From: Ignavibacteria bacterium
GTDB lineage: Bacteria > Bacteroidota > Ignavibacteria > UBA10030 > SZUA-254
Assembly (NCBI GenBank): GCA_016178625.1
Contig: JACOSX010000136.1
Coordinates: 1-61,346, forward strand
DNA: 61,346 nucleotides
Direction of reading: 5' to 3'
How positions within the stretch are numbered: the first letter of the stretch is position 1; the number at the start of each line of letters is the position of its first letter. Made by a program: the position numbers and the translations under genes. This document shows, piece after piece, positions 39,835 through 50,555 of this stretch. Under the pieces are notes generated by a model, which had not been told where the DNA came from, did no database searches, and worked only from the letters and a program-made list of their open reading frames with translations.

Positions 39835-39863
39835 AGTATACAAAAATAAAAGGCATTTGTCAA
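39835..39863 (-). promoter_or_regulatory. Near-consensus sigma70 promoter for the precursor-MNIO operon
   Basis: Minus strand TTGACA (39863-39858) - 17 nt - TATACT (39840-39835), with AT-rich sequence upstream. Confidence 0.75.
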
Positions 39864-40032
39864 TGGTTTTATTCTGATATTTCGATAATTTTTTCCTTGC
39901 GATAAGGATATTATATTTATAGTGGTTAGAAATCTCCGCTCAAGCCGAATATCCGCTATGAGTTCGGAAATGAAAAATGACGGGATGTTTTTTAGGAAGG
40001 TTCTTAATGAAAAAATCCACAGGTCGACGACT

Positions 40033-40066
40033 CCCGACGGGTCTATCGACCCATCGGGTCGTAGAC
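40033..40066. repeat. Small palindromic module shared with the 14385-14517 repeat
   Basis: CGGGTCTATCGACCC...GGGTCGTAGAC, the same as the inner module at about 14410-14442. Confidence 0.7.
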
Positions 40067-40104
40067 GACTTGTCGAGGTGAGTTCCCCTTGATGGCATCC
40101 TAAT

Positions 40105-40140
40105 AAAAAAACGTCAGCCCATCGTCCCATAGGCTGACGT
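40105..40140 (-). terminator. Intrinsic terminator of fbaB
   Basis: ACGTCAGCC/GGCTGACGT 9-bp stem followed by a U-run on the minus strand, about 20 nt after the stop. Confidence 0.75.
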
Positions 40141-40162
40141 CATTTCTACCCAACGTTTGATC

Positions 40163-41221
40163 TTACGCTACCGTCACTTCTTTGCAAAGATACACGTCCT
40201 GAATCGCGTTCAGGATTTGGACGCCTTCCTTCATCGGACGCTGGAACGCTTTCCGTCCTGAGATCAGACCCATCCCACCGGCACGCTTGTTAATGACGGC
40301 GGTGCGGACAGCGTCGGCGAGATCGGAAGTGCCCTTCGATTCGCCTCCCGAGTTGATCAATCCTGCGCGACCCATATAACAGTTTGCAACCTGATAGCGG
40401 CAGAGATCGATGGGATTGGAGCTTGTGAGATCGGAGTAGACTTTCTTGCTCGTCTTTCCGAATTTGAGTGTCTCGAAGCCGCCATTGTTCTCCGGCAATT
40501 TCTGTTTGATGATGTCTGCTTCGATCGTGACGCCGAGGTGATTCGCTTGTCCGGTGAGATCGGCGGCGAGGTGAAAATCTTTCTCAGGTGTTTTGAATGC
40601 CGAGTTGCGAAGATAGCACCACAGAATCGTTGTCATGCCGAGCTCATGTGCCTGCTGGAACGCGAGCCCTACCTCCTGAATCTGCCGCTTCGACTCCGCC
40701 GAGCCGAAATAGATAGTCGCCCCGACTGCAACTGCGCCCATATCGAATGCCTGCTTCACCCGCGCGAACGTGATCTGGTCGTAACTGTTGGGGTAAGAGA
40801 GAAACTCGTTGTGGTTGAACTTCAGGATGAATGGTATCTTGTGCGAATACTTCCGCGCTATTGCGCCGAGCACGCCGAGCGTTGAGGCAACCGCATTGCA
40901 TCCGCCTTCGATTGCAAGCTTCACGATATTTTCGGGATCGAAGTAGAGCGGATTCGGTGAGAACGACGCGCCTGCAGAATGCTCGATGCCTTGATCGACG
41001 GGAAGGATCGAGAGATAACCGGTATGTGCCAGCCTTCCCTGGTGGATCAGCCAGTTCAAGCTTTTCAGAACCGGTGTTGGTCTGTCGGATAGTGCATACA
41101 CTCTGTCGACATAGTCCGGACCCGGAAGGTGAAGTGACTCTTTGGGGATCCCCGCGCACTTGTGTTTGAGCAAACTGTCTGCATCGACACCTAAGGTTTT
41201 TTCAATATCATTGAAATTCAT
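40163..41221 (-). CDS. fbaB: Class I fructose-bisphosphate aldolase (DhnA type)
   Basis: [33 protein letters not shown] and [10 protein letters not shown] motifs. Confidence 0.96.
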   Translation of the reverse strand: MNFNDIEKTLGVDADSLLKHKCAGIPKESLHLPGPDYVDRVYALSDRPTPVLKSLNWLIHQGRLAHTGYLSILPVDQGIEHSAGASFSPNPLYFDPENIVKLAIEGGCNAVASTLGVLGAIARKYSHKIPFILKFNHNEFLSYPNSYDQITFARVKQAFDMGAVAVGATIYFGSAESKRQIQEVGLAFQQAHELGMTTILWCYLRNSAFKTPEKDFHLAADLTGQANHLGVTIEADIIKQKLPENNGGFETLKFGKTSKKVYSDLTSSNPIDLCRYQVANCYMGRAGLINSGGESKGTSDLADAVRTAVINKRAGGMGLISGRKAFQRPMKEGVQILNAIQDVYLCKEVTVA

Positions 41222-41426
41222 AATAACTCCATTGGTGGAAGTGATAAAATCTTTCTGTTCGCTGGGTTATCGCTGCGAAGTAGGCACAATATACGAAAAA
41301 GAGGTTAAAAGAGGAAATGAATGAACCCATTGGGTGCCCAGACTAATCCAGCGGATTTAATGTCTTAACGATCTTGGCCGTCTCGGGATTTGCGGTAATT
41401 ACTTTCCTGGTAGGTCGGCCGTGAGC

Positions 41427-41461
41427 AATGTGCGACGAACTTCGAAAGTGCGTCGCACATT
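41427..41461. repeat. Palindromic repeat (GCGACGCAC family), copy 3
   Basis: AATGTGCGACGAACTTCGAAAGTGCGTCGCACATT. Confidence 0.7.
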
Positions 41462-41566
41462 AATAGCATTTGATGTCAATCCTATCAATACACTGGTCTG
41501 TGTGAGAGGATCGGGGACGGGCACCTTCTTTGTAACTGCCTCTCCTTTTTGGTATATTTCATCATC

Positions 41567-42238
41567 ATGAAACACATTTCCTGCATCATCTTCGATCTCG
41601 ATGGCACGCTTACGCAGACCAACGAGCTGATCTTTGCCACGTTCAACCACGTCGCCCGGAAATACACCGATCGTACTTACACACCGCAGGAAATTGTTGC
41701 CATGTTCGGTCCGCCGGAAGAGGTGGCGGTTGAGAATATAGTTGGGAAGGATCGTGTGGATGAGGCGATGGATGATTTCCTCGGGTTCTATGGCGAGCAC
41801 CATCCCCGGATGGCGAGCGCATATGAAGGCATCCGTGAGATGTTGGAATTCCTGAAAAACCGCGGGATTCTCCTGGCAATCTTCACGGGAAAGGGAAAAC
41901 GCACGGCGCTCATCACGCTGGAAAAGATCGGCATCAAGAGTTATTTCGATATCGTTGTAACCGGGAGCGACGTACGGAACCATAAGCCGTCAGCCGAAGG
42001 CATCCGAAAGGTGATGGAGAGATTTGGGTTAGAACCCAATCAGGTTCTGATGGTTGGAGATGCCGTTTCCGATGTGAGAGCCGCGCATGAAGCTGGTGTG
42101 CACATCGCGGCAGTGCTGTGGGATTCCTACGGGAAGGAAAACGTGCTGAAGATGGATGTTGATTACTTTTTTCATAGCGTGGCGGAGTTTGTAGGATGGC
42201 TGGAATCTGCCGTTCCGAGCAATGGAGCAAGCCGTTGA
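41567..42238 (+). CDS. HAD-family hydrolase (PpaX/Gph-like)
   Basis: FDLDGTL, FTGK, KPSAEG and VGDAVSD motifs. Confidence 0.9.
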   Translation: MKHISCIIFDLDGTLTQTNELIFATFNHVARKYTDRTYTPQEIVAMFGPPEEVAVENIVGKDRVDEAMDDFLGFYGEHHPRMASAYEGIREMLEFLKNRGILLAIFTGKGKRTALITLEKIGIKSYFDIVVTGSDVRNHKPSAEGIRKVMERFGLEPNQVLMVGDAVSDVRAAHEAGVHIAAVLWDSYGKENVLKMDVDYFFHSVAEFVGWLESAVPSNGASR

Positions 42239-43368
42239 TTAACGATCGATGGAGCCGGGTACTTCCACTCTTCATACTGCCCGCAGTCGTTTTAACCTTC
42301 TACATCACTGCGAGCACGCACTTTGATTATACTCCCCGTGAAGCATACACGCCCATACACGCGGCAGAGAGTTTTGTTCATGGAGAGGGGTTCTTGGTGG
42401 ATACTCACTCTCCGACGAGTGAGGTTGCGTCTCCACTCTGGGTACTCATTATTTCTCTGGGTGGGAAGCTCGGCATGGATCTTTCCATCACTGCGAAGGG
42501 GATCGATCTCGTGTTCGCGAGTCTGTCGCTGATTGTTTTCTATTTCTTCGCGTATGAAGTGATCCGTGATGTCGCGGTCTCGCTCAGTGCGACGCTTGCG
42601 TTTTCTGTGAGCGCTCGCTTTCTACAGTCGACTGGGACTGGATCGGAAATCTCTCTCGCGGTTTTGCTTCTGCTTATCGCTATGAGGTCATGCTTGTGCA
42701 ATGAGTATTTCCTCGCAATGGTCATGACGGTGTTGTTAAGCTTGGTTCGCCCGGAAGGGTTCCTGTTGATGATTCTCATCCTCGTCGATGTGTTTGTTAA
42801 CTCGTTCGATATGGTGCGGGCAGTGAAAGTAAGTGTTGCATTGCTTCTGATCTATTGCATCGGTATGGCTCCCTGGTTGTTCTACGCATACCGCGCGGCT
42901 GTGCCTGTTCTTCCTCATGACTTTGGTGCATCCGCAGGCGGTATGGAAATTCTCACCTCGTTATTGATGTCGGACGGGATCGCCATCATCGTGCTTATCG
43001 TTTCAACTGTTGCACTGATTTTGCAGATAAGAAGATCAGGACGAGACTCCAGTTGGAATGAAGATGAGCGGTTCTATCTCTTCCGGCAATCGACGCTTGG
43101 AATCGGCTGGATAGTTCTAGTATTGTTGACGGGAGTTGTAAGTGGGTGGAAAGCCGCACCGCATGATATGGTTCTCGTAATCCCTATCGTGATTGTCTAC
43201 GCTTCATTATTCCTTTATTATGTAGTGCGGCAGTCGAGGTGGAGACCAGTCGCATATGTAACTATATTTATTTTCGTCGCGTTGGTCGTGATGCAAAATC
43301 AAATCGTCTATCGATTATTCATCGTGCCCAATCTCACATCGCTGAAACTAATTCGGGCACTCAAGTAA
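42196..43368 (+). CDS. Polytopic membrane protein, GT-C/glycosyltransferase-39-like (divergent)
   Basis: Many TM helices; SPLW, GSE and LVRPEG motifs typical of GT-C-like proteins; start uncertain. Confidence 0.55.
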   Translation: MAGICRSEQWSKPLINDRWSRVLPLFILPAVVLTFYITASTHFDYTPREAYTPIHAAESFVHGEGFLVDTHSPTSEVASPLWVLIISLGGKLGMDLSITAKGIDLVFASLSLIVFYFFAYEVIRDVAVSLSATLAFSVSARFLQSTGTGSEISLAVLLLLIAMRSCLCNEYFLAMVMTVLLSLVRPEGFLLMILILVDVFVNSFDMVRAVKVSVALLLIYCIGMAPWLFYAYRAAVPVLPHDFGASAGGMEILTSLLMSDGIAIIVLIVSTVALILQIRRSGRDSSWNEDERFYLFRQSTLGIGWIVLVLLTGVVSGWKAAPHDMVLVIPIVIVYASLFLYYVVRQSRWRPVAYVTIFIFVALVVMQNQIVYRLFIVPNLTSLKLIRALK

Positions 43369-43394
43369 TCCCTTATTGTTAGGTGAAGAATCAT

Positions 43395-44387
43395 ATGGAT
43401 AAACTCTCTGTCGGTGTTATCGGAGTAGGGCACCTCGGCTCGCTGCATGCAAAGATGTATTCCGAGATTTCGTCGGCTCACCTGGTCGGTGTCACTGATA
43501 CGGATGCTGCGCGAGCCGAGAAAGTCGCTCGTGAATGCTCAACTACTGCGTTCAATTCTGCTTCTGACCTCCTCCAGCATGTCCGCGCCGTGAGCATTGC
43601 CACACCGACGAGCACGCACTTTGAGATTGCACAACAGACGATCGCGTGTGGGGTTCACGCTTTCATCGAAAAGCCGATCACGACCACCGTGCAGGAGGCA
43701 GAGACGCTTGCACGACTGGCAACCAAGAAACACATGAAAATTCAGGTCGGACATATCGAACGGTTCAATCCCGCACTTCTTGCGTTGGAGCGTTACCACC
43801 TGCAGCCGATGTTTGTTGAGTCGCATCGGCTTGCACAATTCAATCCGCGTGGCACCGATGTCGCAGTTGTATTGGATTTGATGATCCACGACATCGATAT
43901 CATCGTGAGCCTGGTTCGCTCGCCCATTCAGAAAGTCGACGCGAACGGTGTGGCGGTTGTCTCAGATACAATCGATATCGCTAACGCGCGGCTTCAGTTT
44001 GAGAATGGATGTGTCGCCAATGTCACTGCCAGCCGTATCTCACAGAAGAAAATGCGAAAGATGCGGCTTTTCCAGAGAGATGCCTATATCTCAATTGACT
44101 TCTCCGAAGGTCTTGCGGAGGTGTTCCATCTCATTGATGGTGATCAGTCGACAGCAGGCTCAACTATGATGTTAGGTGAGGTCGACATTGGAAAGGGAAA
44201 GAGAAAAATTGTCTATGAACAGCCAGAGATACGAGAAGTGAATGCGCTTCGGTACGAGCTTGAGATGTTCATTCACGCTGTTCAGAACGACGCTGAGCCG
44301 GTCGTGACGGCGGAGGATGGATTACGAGCCCTCCAGATTGCACATGAAATCATGGCAACGATAAATAAGCAACGACTTTCCATCTAA
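43395..44387 (+). CDS. Gfo/Idh/MocA oxidoreductase (GnnA-like)
   Basis: GVGHLG, IEKPI, VGHIERFNP, VVLDLMIHDID and ANVTASRIS motifs. Confidence 0.88.
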   Translation: MDKLSVGVIGVGHLGSLHAKMYSEISSAHLVGVTDTDAARAEKVARECSTTAFNSASDLLQHVRAVSIATPTSTHFEIAQQTIACGVHAFIEKPITTTVQEAETLARLATKKHMKIQVGHIERFNPALLALERYHLQPMFVESHRLAQFNPRGTDVAVVLDLMIHDIDIIVSLVRSPIQKVDANGVAVVSDTIDIANARLQFENGCVANVTASRISQKKMRKMRLFQRDAYISIDFSEGLAEVFHLIDGDQSTAGSTMMLGEVDIGKGKRKIVYEQPEIREVNALRYELEMFIHAVQNDAEPVVTAEDGLRALQIAHEIMATINKQRLSI

Positions 44388-44395
44388 CTCCGCCT

Positions 44396-45814
44396 GTGCT
44401 GAAATCGAAAACACATATTACGATCACACAAGAAATTCTAGTGCGCATTGGCACCATCGCTGATGAGCGAGGCGTCGAAGCATATGTTGTCGGAGGGTAT
44501 GTTCGCGACAAACTTCTAGGGAAAGAAGTCAAAGATATCGACATCGTTGTTGTTGGAGATGGGATAGGCTTCGCAAAAACGGTCGCGACACAACTTGGTT
44601 TCAAAGATATCGTTACTTATGAAAATTTCGGCACCGCCATGCTCCCGATGGATGGAGGAAAAATCGAGTTCGTTGCTGCGCGCACAGAACACTACAACCG
44701 CGACTCACGCAAGCCAACAGTAGTAAAGGCTTCTCTTGAGAGCGATCTTTCACGACGTGATTTCACCGTCAATGCTCTCGCTGTTTCCATCAATAACAAT
44801 CGGCTGGGTGAGATCGTCGATCCGCATGACGGGCAACATGATCTTCGGAAGAAAATTCTCCGCACGCCTCTTGAACCGCAAAGAACGTTTGATGATGACC
44901 CTCTCCGCATGATGCGCGCTGCGCGGTTCGCTTCTCAGCTCCAGTTTTCAATCGAACCGGAGGCAATCGAAGCAATCCGCACAATGGCGGAACGCATCAC
45001 GATCGTCTCAAAGGAGCGGGTGACGGATGAGTTCTTCAAGATCCTCTCTTCACCGAAACCTTCCATTGGATTGAAGCTTCTCCATGAAACCGGATTAGCA
45101 AAGCATGTTTTCCTCGAACTCGTCGATATGGTCGGCGTCGAGCAACGAAAAGATTATCACCATAAAGATGTTTTCCTTCATACTTTGAAGGTGGTCGACA
45201 ACATCTGTGAGTCGACCGACGATGTGTGGTTGAGATTTGTTGCTCTCGTGCACGACATTGCTAAACCACGAACAAAGGCATTTAAGGAAGGTATCGGGTG
45301 GACATTCCACGGGCATGAAGACCTTGGTGCCCGCATGATGAAGCCTGTCTTCCGACGCATGCGGTTGCCCATGGATAAGTTACCGTATGTTGAGAAACTT
45401 GTTCGCCTCCACCTCAGACCTATGGTTCTCGTGAGTGAAGAGATCACGGATTCGGCAATTCGTCGATTATTGTTTGAATCCGGTCAAGATATTGATGATT
45501 TGATGAAATTATGCCGGGCGGATATCACATCACAGAATCCTCAACGCGTTGCTCGTTATTTGAAAAATTACGATATTGTTATTGAAAAAATGAAAGAGGT
45601 GGAGGAGAAAGATCGCTTGAGGCATTGGCAGCCTCCCGTTCGTGGCGATGAAATCATGGAGGTGTGTGGACTCCAGCCGAGTCCACTTGTAGGCGTGCTG
45701 AAGAAAAAGATCGAGGAAGCGATCCTTGACGGCCAAATTCCCAATGAACACGATGCCGCCCTTCAGTATTTGCTGAGTGTAAAGGACGAGATCCTGAGTC
45801 AAAATCACTCGTAA
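44396..45814 (+). CDS. CCA tRNA nucleotidyltransferase / poly(A) polymerase family with HD domain
   Basis: VGGYVRD...DIDI, DLSRRDFTVNA, DDPLRMMRAARF and HDIAKP motifs. Confidence 0.93.
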   Translation: MLKSKTHITITQEILVRIGTIADERGVEAYVVGGYVRDKLLGKEVKDIDIVVVGDGIGFAKTVATQLGFKDIVTYENFGTAMLPMDGGKIEFVAARTEHYNRDSRKPTVVKASLESDLSRRDFTVNALAVSINNNRLGEIVDPHDGQHDLRKKILRTPLEPQRTFDDDPLRMMRAARFASQLQFSIEPEAIEAIRTMAERITIVSKERVTDEFFKILSSPKPSIGLKLLHETGLAKHVFLELVDMVGVEQRKDYHHKDVFLHTLKVVDNICESTDDVWLRFVALVHDIAKPRTKAFKEGIGWTFHGHEDLGARMMKPVFRRMRLPMDKLPYVEKLVRLHLRPMVLVSEEITDSAIRRLLFESGQDIDDLMKLCRADITSQNPQRVARYLKNYDIVIEKMKEVEEKDRLRHWQPPVRGDEIMEVCGLQPSPLVGVLKKKIEEAILDGQIPNEHDAALQYLLSVKDEILSQNHS

Positions 45815-45831
45815 TTCTGTTGGAGTCGTTC

Positions 45832-45859
45832 TGTAACATTTTCATCCATAATCCGTTTA
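45832..45859 (+). promoter_or_regulatory. Possible ECF-type promoter upstream of the TolC operon
   Basis: TGTAAC-N16-CGTTTA, resembling the AAC/CGT pattern of ECF promoters. Confidence 0.35.
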
Positions 45860-45922
45860 CTAAGGTTAGTTTTCTCGAGCCAGAATCCTTGCCCACATCA
45901 TATTACCAGAGGAGTTGTAATA

Positions 45923-47251
45923 ATGAATAGATCGTACGGCATGATCGTGCTGTTATTCACATTCATAGCGAGTTCGGCGGCACAACCTGTTAAGTTAACA
46001 CTGGAAAAGGCTGTAGAGCTTGCGTTGGAGAAAAATACGTCGGTCATTCAGGCGCGAAACACCATCGGTGCGCGCCAAAGTTCCGTGACCGCCGCCTACG
46101 GAGCGTTGCTCCCAACTGTCGGTTTGAGTGGAGATTGGTCGCAAACCAAAAGTGATTTTACGTTTTTCAATGGCATCGAGATTCCCGGAGGCGGTTCGAC
46201 TACAAGAACGCAATACAGCACCGGCCTTGGAGCAAATCTCACGCTCTTCAATGGTTTCGCAAATACATCGTCGGTCAATGAGGCGAAAGCAAACGCCGCT
46301 GCATCAGAATATACATCGAAACGAACAGACCAAACTGTTATTTTTCAGACACACCAGTTCTTTTTAAATGTCGTTCGAACGTACCAACTGCTGAAAGTCA
46401 ACGAGGATAATTTGAAACGCAGTCAGCGTCAGCTTGAGCGGATTACCGAATCAAACAAAGTCGGTGCGGTCGCCCTCGCCGATGTGTATCGTCAGCGCGT
46501 TCAGGTTGGGAATGATGAACTTGGGCTCATCCAGGCTCAGAACAATTACGAAAAGGCAAAGGCAGACTTGCTCGCGCATCTCGCCGTTGAACCTGATAAG
46601 AACTACGAGTTGGATCTTGCCGGTATTCCCAGTGATATCGACACAAACGAATTTCATGCCGTCAATGCACAATACTCGAATTTCGATGAGCTTTCTCGCC
46701 AAGCGGTTTCCACCCGTCCCGATTACTTTGTTGCACTTGAAAATAAAAATAGCGCAGATGCATCGCTCTCGATCGCTCGGTCAGGATATTTCCCGACGAT
46801 TACGTCAAGCGCATCGTACGGATTCGATAATACGGAGTTAAGTCGTTTGACCGACAACAAAGCGCTGTCGCTTAGAGTATCATTAAGTTATAATCTCTTT
46901 AACGGCTTTGCGACGCAAGAGAGAACCGAACAGGCTGCCGTTTCACGAAATAACGCTGAGGAACAATTGAAGAAAACACAGCGTGATATCCAGGTAGATG
47001 TGAAAAAAGCGCTCCTCGATCTTGAGGCCTCAGAAAAACAAGTCAACGTCACTCAGACCAGCGTTGAATCAGCAGAAATGGATCGGAAGATTGCAGAAGA
47101 GAAATATAACCTTGGGGCAGGAACATTGCTTGATCTGCTGGTTGCCAATGCGAACTATACCAATGCGCTTAGCAATAAAGTTAACGCGGTCACGAACTAT
47201 CTTCTTGCTAAAAAACAAACAGAATATGTAGTAGGGACGATCTCAAAATAA
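45923..47251 (+). CDS. TolC-family outer membrane efflux protein
   Basis: Signal peptide; LTLEKAVELALEKN; two OEP repeats (LLPTV / YFPTI; LFNGF twice). Confidence 0.92.
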   Translation: MNRSYGMIVLLFTFIASSAAQPVKLTLEKAVELALEKNTSVIQARNTIGARQSSVTAAYGALLPTVGLSGDWSQTKSDFTFFNGIEIPGGGSTTRTQYSTGLGANLTLFNGFANTSSVNEAKANAAASEYTSKRTDQTVIFQTHQFFLNVVRTYQLLKVNEDNLKRSQRQLERITESNKVGAVALADVYRQRVQVGNDELGLIQAQNNYEKAKADLLAHLAVEPDKNYELDLAGIPSDIDTNEFHAVNAQYSNFDELSRQAVSTRPDYFVALENKNSADASLSIARSGYFPTITSSASYGFDNTELSRLTDNKALSLRVSLSYNLFNGFATQERTEQAAVSRNNAEEQLKKTQRDIQVDVKKALLDLEASEKQVNVTQTSVESAEMDRKIAEEKYNLGAGTLLDLLVANANYTNALSNKVNAVTNYLLAKKQTEYVVGTISK

Positions 47252-47277
47252 AAGGTTTTCCTCGGAAGGGACCAACT

Positions 47278-48543
47278 ATGGCTAACTCAAAAAAATCAAA
47301 AAAGAAAATCATTATTCTGTCCATTGCCGGAGCCCTGCTTGTCGTGATCACGCTGTTGGTGATCATGGGGAGCAAAAAAGAGCCGGTCTTTACCGTACAG
47401 ACGGAAAAAGTGCAACGACGGACGATAACGCAGGTGGTCACAGCGACGGGCAAGATCTATCCGGAAGTGCAAGTGATCATCACGCCGGAAGTAAGCGGTG
47501 AGATCACCGCTCTTCCTGTGAAGGAAGGCGTGCGGGTGAAGAAGGGCGACCTGCTGATGAAAATCAAGCCGGACACATACATTGCTCTCCGTGATCGCGC
47601 TGTTGCCGAACTTGCCTCAGCAAAAGCGAGCCTTCAGCGGAGCGAATCGGAATACAAGCGCGCGCGGGAACTGTTCGGCAAGGGCTTGATCTCCAGTTCG
47701 GAACTCGAACAGGCAAACACATCCTATGAAGTTGCGAAGGCGCAATACGACCAGGCTGAGGCGGCGCTGAAACAATCAACCGAAAATTTGAATAAGACAA
47801 CCATTTACTCTCCGATGGAGGGCACAATCAGTGAACTTAAGGTAGAGCTTGGCGAGCGTGTGTTGGGAACGAGCCAGTTTCAGGGAACAACGGTGATGAC
47901 AGTTGCGGATCTTTCGCGAATGGAGGGCCGCGTCGATGTCGGTGAAAACGACATCGTCTTGATCTCCGTGGGCGACACAGCCCGTATTGACGTGGATGCA
48001 ATCCCTGACAGGAAGCTCATCGGCGTGGTTTATGAAATCGGAAACTCAGCGAAGACAAAAGGTTTGGGTACGCAGGAGGAAGTGACCAACTTCCAGGTGA
48101 AAATCCGGGTCCTCGATAAGGACGTTATCTTGCGTCCGGGGATGTCGATGACGGCGATGATTGAAACCGAGACGAAGAAAAACGTTGTCGCCGTGCCTAT
48201 CCAAAGCGTGACAACTCGTTCGGCGAATAAGATGAAGGAAAAGGATAAGGAAAAGAAAGAGCCCGATGAAAGTGAGCAGATGGCTGCGAATGACGCCAAG
48301 ATCAAACCAAAGAACGAAAAGCCGAAGGAGGTTGTGTTCCTTATAGAGAACAATGTCGCTAAGTCAGTCGAAGTTAAACGAGGAATCTCCGATGATACCT
48401 ACATTGAGATCGTTTCGGGACTGGACGAGAACAAGGAAGTTGTCTCCGGGAGTTATAAAGCAATTAATCGTGAGCTCGACGATGGGGTCAAAGTCAAGGT
48501 CGATAACGCGAAAAAGAAAACGGGCGAGACAGGATCCAAATAA
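47278..48543 (+). CDS. MacA-like periplasmic adaptor (membrane fusion protein)
   Basis: N-terminal TM; ATGKI.P, VSGEI..LPVKEG, IYSPMEG and LRPGMS motifs. Confidence 0.93.
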   Translation: MANSKKSKKKIIILSIAGALLVVITLLVIMGSKKEPVFTVQTEKVQRRTITQVVTATGKIYPEVQVIITPEVSGEITALPVKEGVRVKKGDLLMKIKPDTYIALRDRAVAELASAKASLQRSESEYKRARELFGKGLISSSELEQANTSYEVAKAQYDQAEAALKQSTENLNKTTIYSPMEGTISELKVELGERVLGTSQFQGTTVMTVADLSRMEGRVDVGENDIVLISVGDTARIDVDAIPDRKLIGVVYEIGNSAKTKGLGTQEEVTNFQVKIRVLDKDVILRPGMSMTAMIETETKKNVVAVPIQSVTTRSANKMKEKDKEKKEPDESEQMAANDAKIKPKNEKPKEVVFLIENNVAKSVEVKRGISDDTYIEIVSGLDENKEVVSGSYKAINRELDDGVKVKVDNAKKKTGETGSK

Positions 48544-48567
48544 GTTACAGACAGTGAAGGAGTGTGC

Positions 48568-49293
48568 ATGAATAATTCGGTCGTTATTAATCTACAGCAG
48601 ATCAAAAAGTTTTATGACATGGGTGGAGCAGAAGAAGTGCATGCTCTTTGCGGTGTATCTCTCCAGATTCATAAGAATGAGTATGTCGCGATCATGGGTC
48701 CCTCCGGCTCCGGCAAGTCCACTCTCATGAACATCATTGGGTGTTTGGATACCCCGACGTCCGGTCTGTATGAATTCAATGGAGTCAACGTCAGTGAAAT
48801 GAACGACAATCAGCTTGCCAAGGTGCGCAATAAAGAAATCGGATTTGTCTTTCAGACGTTTAATCTGCTTGCCCGCTCCAATGCATTGCATAATGTTGAG
48901 CTTCCGTTAATCTATGGTGGTGTCTCGTCATCGGACCGGAAGCGTTTGGCACGCGAGGCTCTTGAACAGGTTGGCTTAGGAGATCGACAGAACCACAAGC
49001 CGAATGAGTTATCCGGTGGTCAGCGACAGCGTGTGGCAATTGCTCGCGCGCTGGTGAACAAGCCGTCTATCCTTCTCGCCGATGAGCCAACGGGCAACTT
49101 GGATTCGAAGACAGGTGATGAAATCATGATTCTCTTCGAAGAATTGCACCGTCTTGGAAACACGATCATCCTGGTCACACACGAAGAGTACATCGCCGAG
49201 CATGCTCATCGCATCATCCGCATCCGTGATGGTGTGGTGGAGAGCGACGAGAATGTCACAAATCGAAAAATCATTAACGCAACTGTCTCTTAG
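48568..49293 (+). CDS. ABC transporter ATP-binding protein (MacB/LolD-like)
   Basis: [17 protein letters not shown] and [10 protein letters not shown] motifs. Confidence 0.95.
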   Translation: MNNSVVINLQQIKKFYDMGGAEEVHALCGVSLQIHKNEYVAIMGPSGSGKSTLMNIIGCLDTPTSGLYEFNGVNVSEMNDNQLAKVRNKEIGFVFQTFNLLARSNALHNVELPLIYGGVSSSDRKRLAREALEQVGLGDRQNHKPNELSGGQRQRVAIARALVNKPSILLADEPTGNLDSKTGDEIMILFEELHRLGNTIILVTHEEYIAEHAHRIIRIRDGVVESDENVTNRKIINATVS

Positions 49294-49301
49294 CGCTTTC
49301 C

Positions 49302-50525
49302 ATGTACTTCATATTTGAAATAAAAGAAGGTCTGCTCATTGCGTTCCGCGCTATCCGTGCAAACAAAATGCGCTCCGTCTTGACGACACTTGGTATTGTC
49401 ATCGGTATCGTCTCGGTTACACTCATGGCGACGGCAATCGAGGGTGTGAATCGCGCATTCGAGAAAAGTGCCTCTGCCTTCGGCTCGAAGGTGCTCTACA
49501 TCCAAAAGTTTCCGTGGGTCAGTGGTGAAGATTGGTGGAAGTACCGGAACAGGAAAGATCTTAAGGTCGAATTTGCCGACTACGTAACGCGCCAGGCAAC
49601 CCTTGTCGACGCTGTCGCACCCGCAGTGAGTACTGTGAAGGACGCACGCTATGGTTCTCGGTCCGTGTTGAACGCATGGATTACCGGAACGACGCATGCG
49701 TACCAGGAAGCCTCAGGGACGACGATACAGGAAGGAAGATTTTTTTCTCAAGAGGAGTCCGATGGTGGGCGACCTGTCTGCGGGATTGGAGCCAATGTTG
49801 CCGAAAAACTATTTCCTTCGGTGGATCCAATTGGTCAGACAATCAAAGTCGGCGGGTACCCATACAGAGTTCTTACGGTCTTTGAGAAACAGGGAGGACT
49901 CTTCGGTGCCTTCACGTCCGATAATCGCATCTATGTGCCGATCAAGTCGTTCATGACACAATTTGGGTCTCATCGCGACGTTACGCTGAATGTCCGCGTC
50001 GCGAAAAATGCTGATATTGAAGATGCGAAAGAAGAGTTGCGAGGAATTATGCGCAAAGTCCGCCAACTCAAACCGGCGCAGGAAGATGACTTCAATATTA
50101 ATGAGCAGGACTTGCTTACTCGAGTCTTTGGAGCAATCACGGGTATCATTGCCGGAGTTGGATTCTTTATCACCGGTCTGTCGTTATTCGTCGGCGGAAT
50201 AGGGATTATGAACATCATGTATGTCTCCGTCACCGAGCGCACCAAAGAGATCGGCGTCCGCAAAGCCATCGGTGCCAGACGCAGAACAATTCTGTTTCAA
50301 TTCCTGGTAGAAGCTGCAATCATTTGTCTGATAGGAGGGATCATCGGTCTGATGATCTCCTATCCTCTCAGCTTAATCGCCGATCAGGTGCTTCCCACTG
50401 CCATGCCACTGTCCGTTGTCTTTATCGCACTGCTGGTTTCGTTGTTGGTTGGAGTCGTCTCGGGTTTCCTTCCAGCTTACAGGGCCGCAAAGATGGACCC
50501 TGTTGATGCATTGCGATATGAATAA
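49302..50525 (+). CDS. MacB/FtsX-type ABC permease 1
   Basis: RSVLTTLGIVIG, GGIGIMNIM.VSVTERTKEIG.RKAIGA and DPVDALRYE motifs. Confidence 0.93.
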   Translation: MYFIFEIKEGLLIAFRAIRANKMRSVLTTLGIVIGIVSVTLMATAIEGVNRAFEKSASAFGSKVLYIQKFPWVSGEDWWKYRNRKDLKVEFADYVTRQATLVDAVAPAVSTVKDARYGSRSVLNAWITGTTHAYQEASGTTIQEGRFFSQEESDGGRPVCGIGANVAEKLFPSVDPIGQTIKVGGYPYRVLTVFEKQGGLFGAFTSDNRIYVPIKSFMTQFGSHRDVTLNVRVAKNADIEDAKEELRGIMRKVRQLKPAQEDDFNINEQDLLTRVFGAITGIIAGVGFFITGLSLFVGGIGIMNIMYVSVTERTKEIGVRKAIGARRRTILFQFLVEAAIICLIGGIIGLMISYPLSLIADQVLPTAMPLSVVFIALLVSLLVGVVSGFLPAYRAAKMDPVDALRYE

Positions 50526-50555
50526 TGAGGCAATCACCCCGTCGGGACTCTCATC

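Noticed and set aside
39614-39877. 60-70 aa ORFs upstream of the precursor as extra precursors
   Set aside because: No convincing SD, no Cys motif like that of the 93-aa protein, and they overlap each other and the promoter/leader
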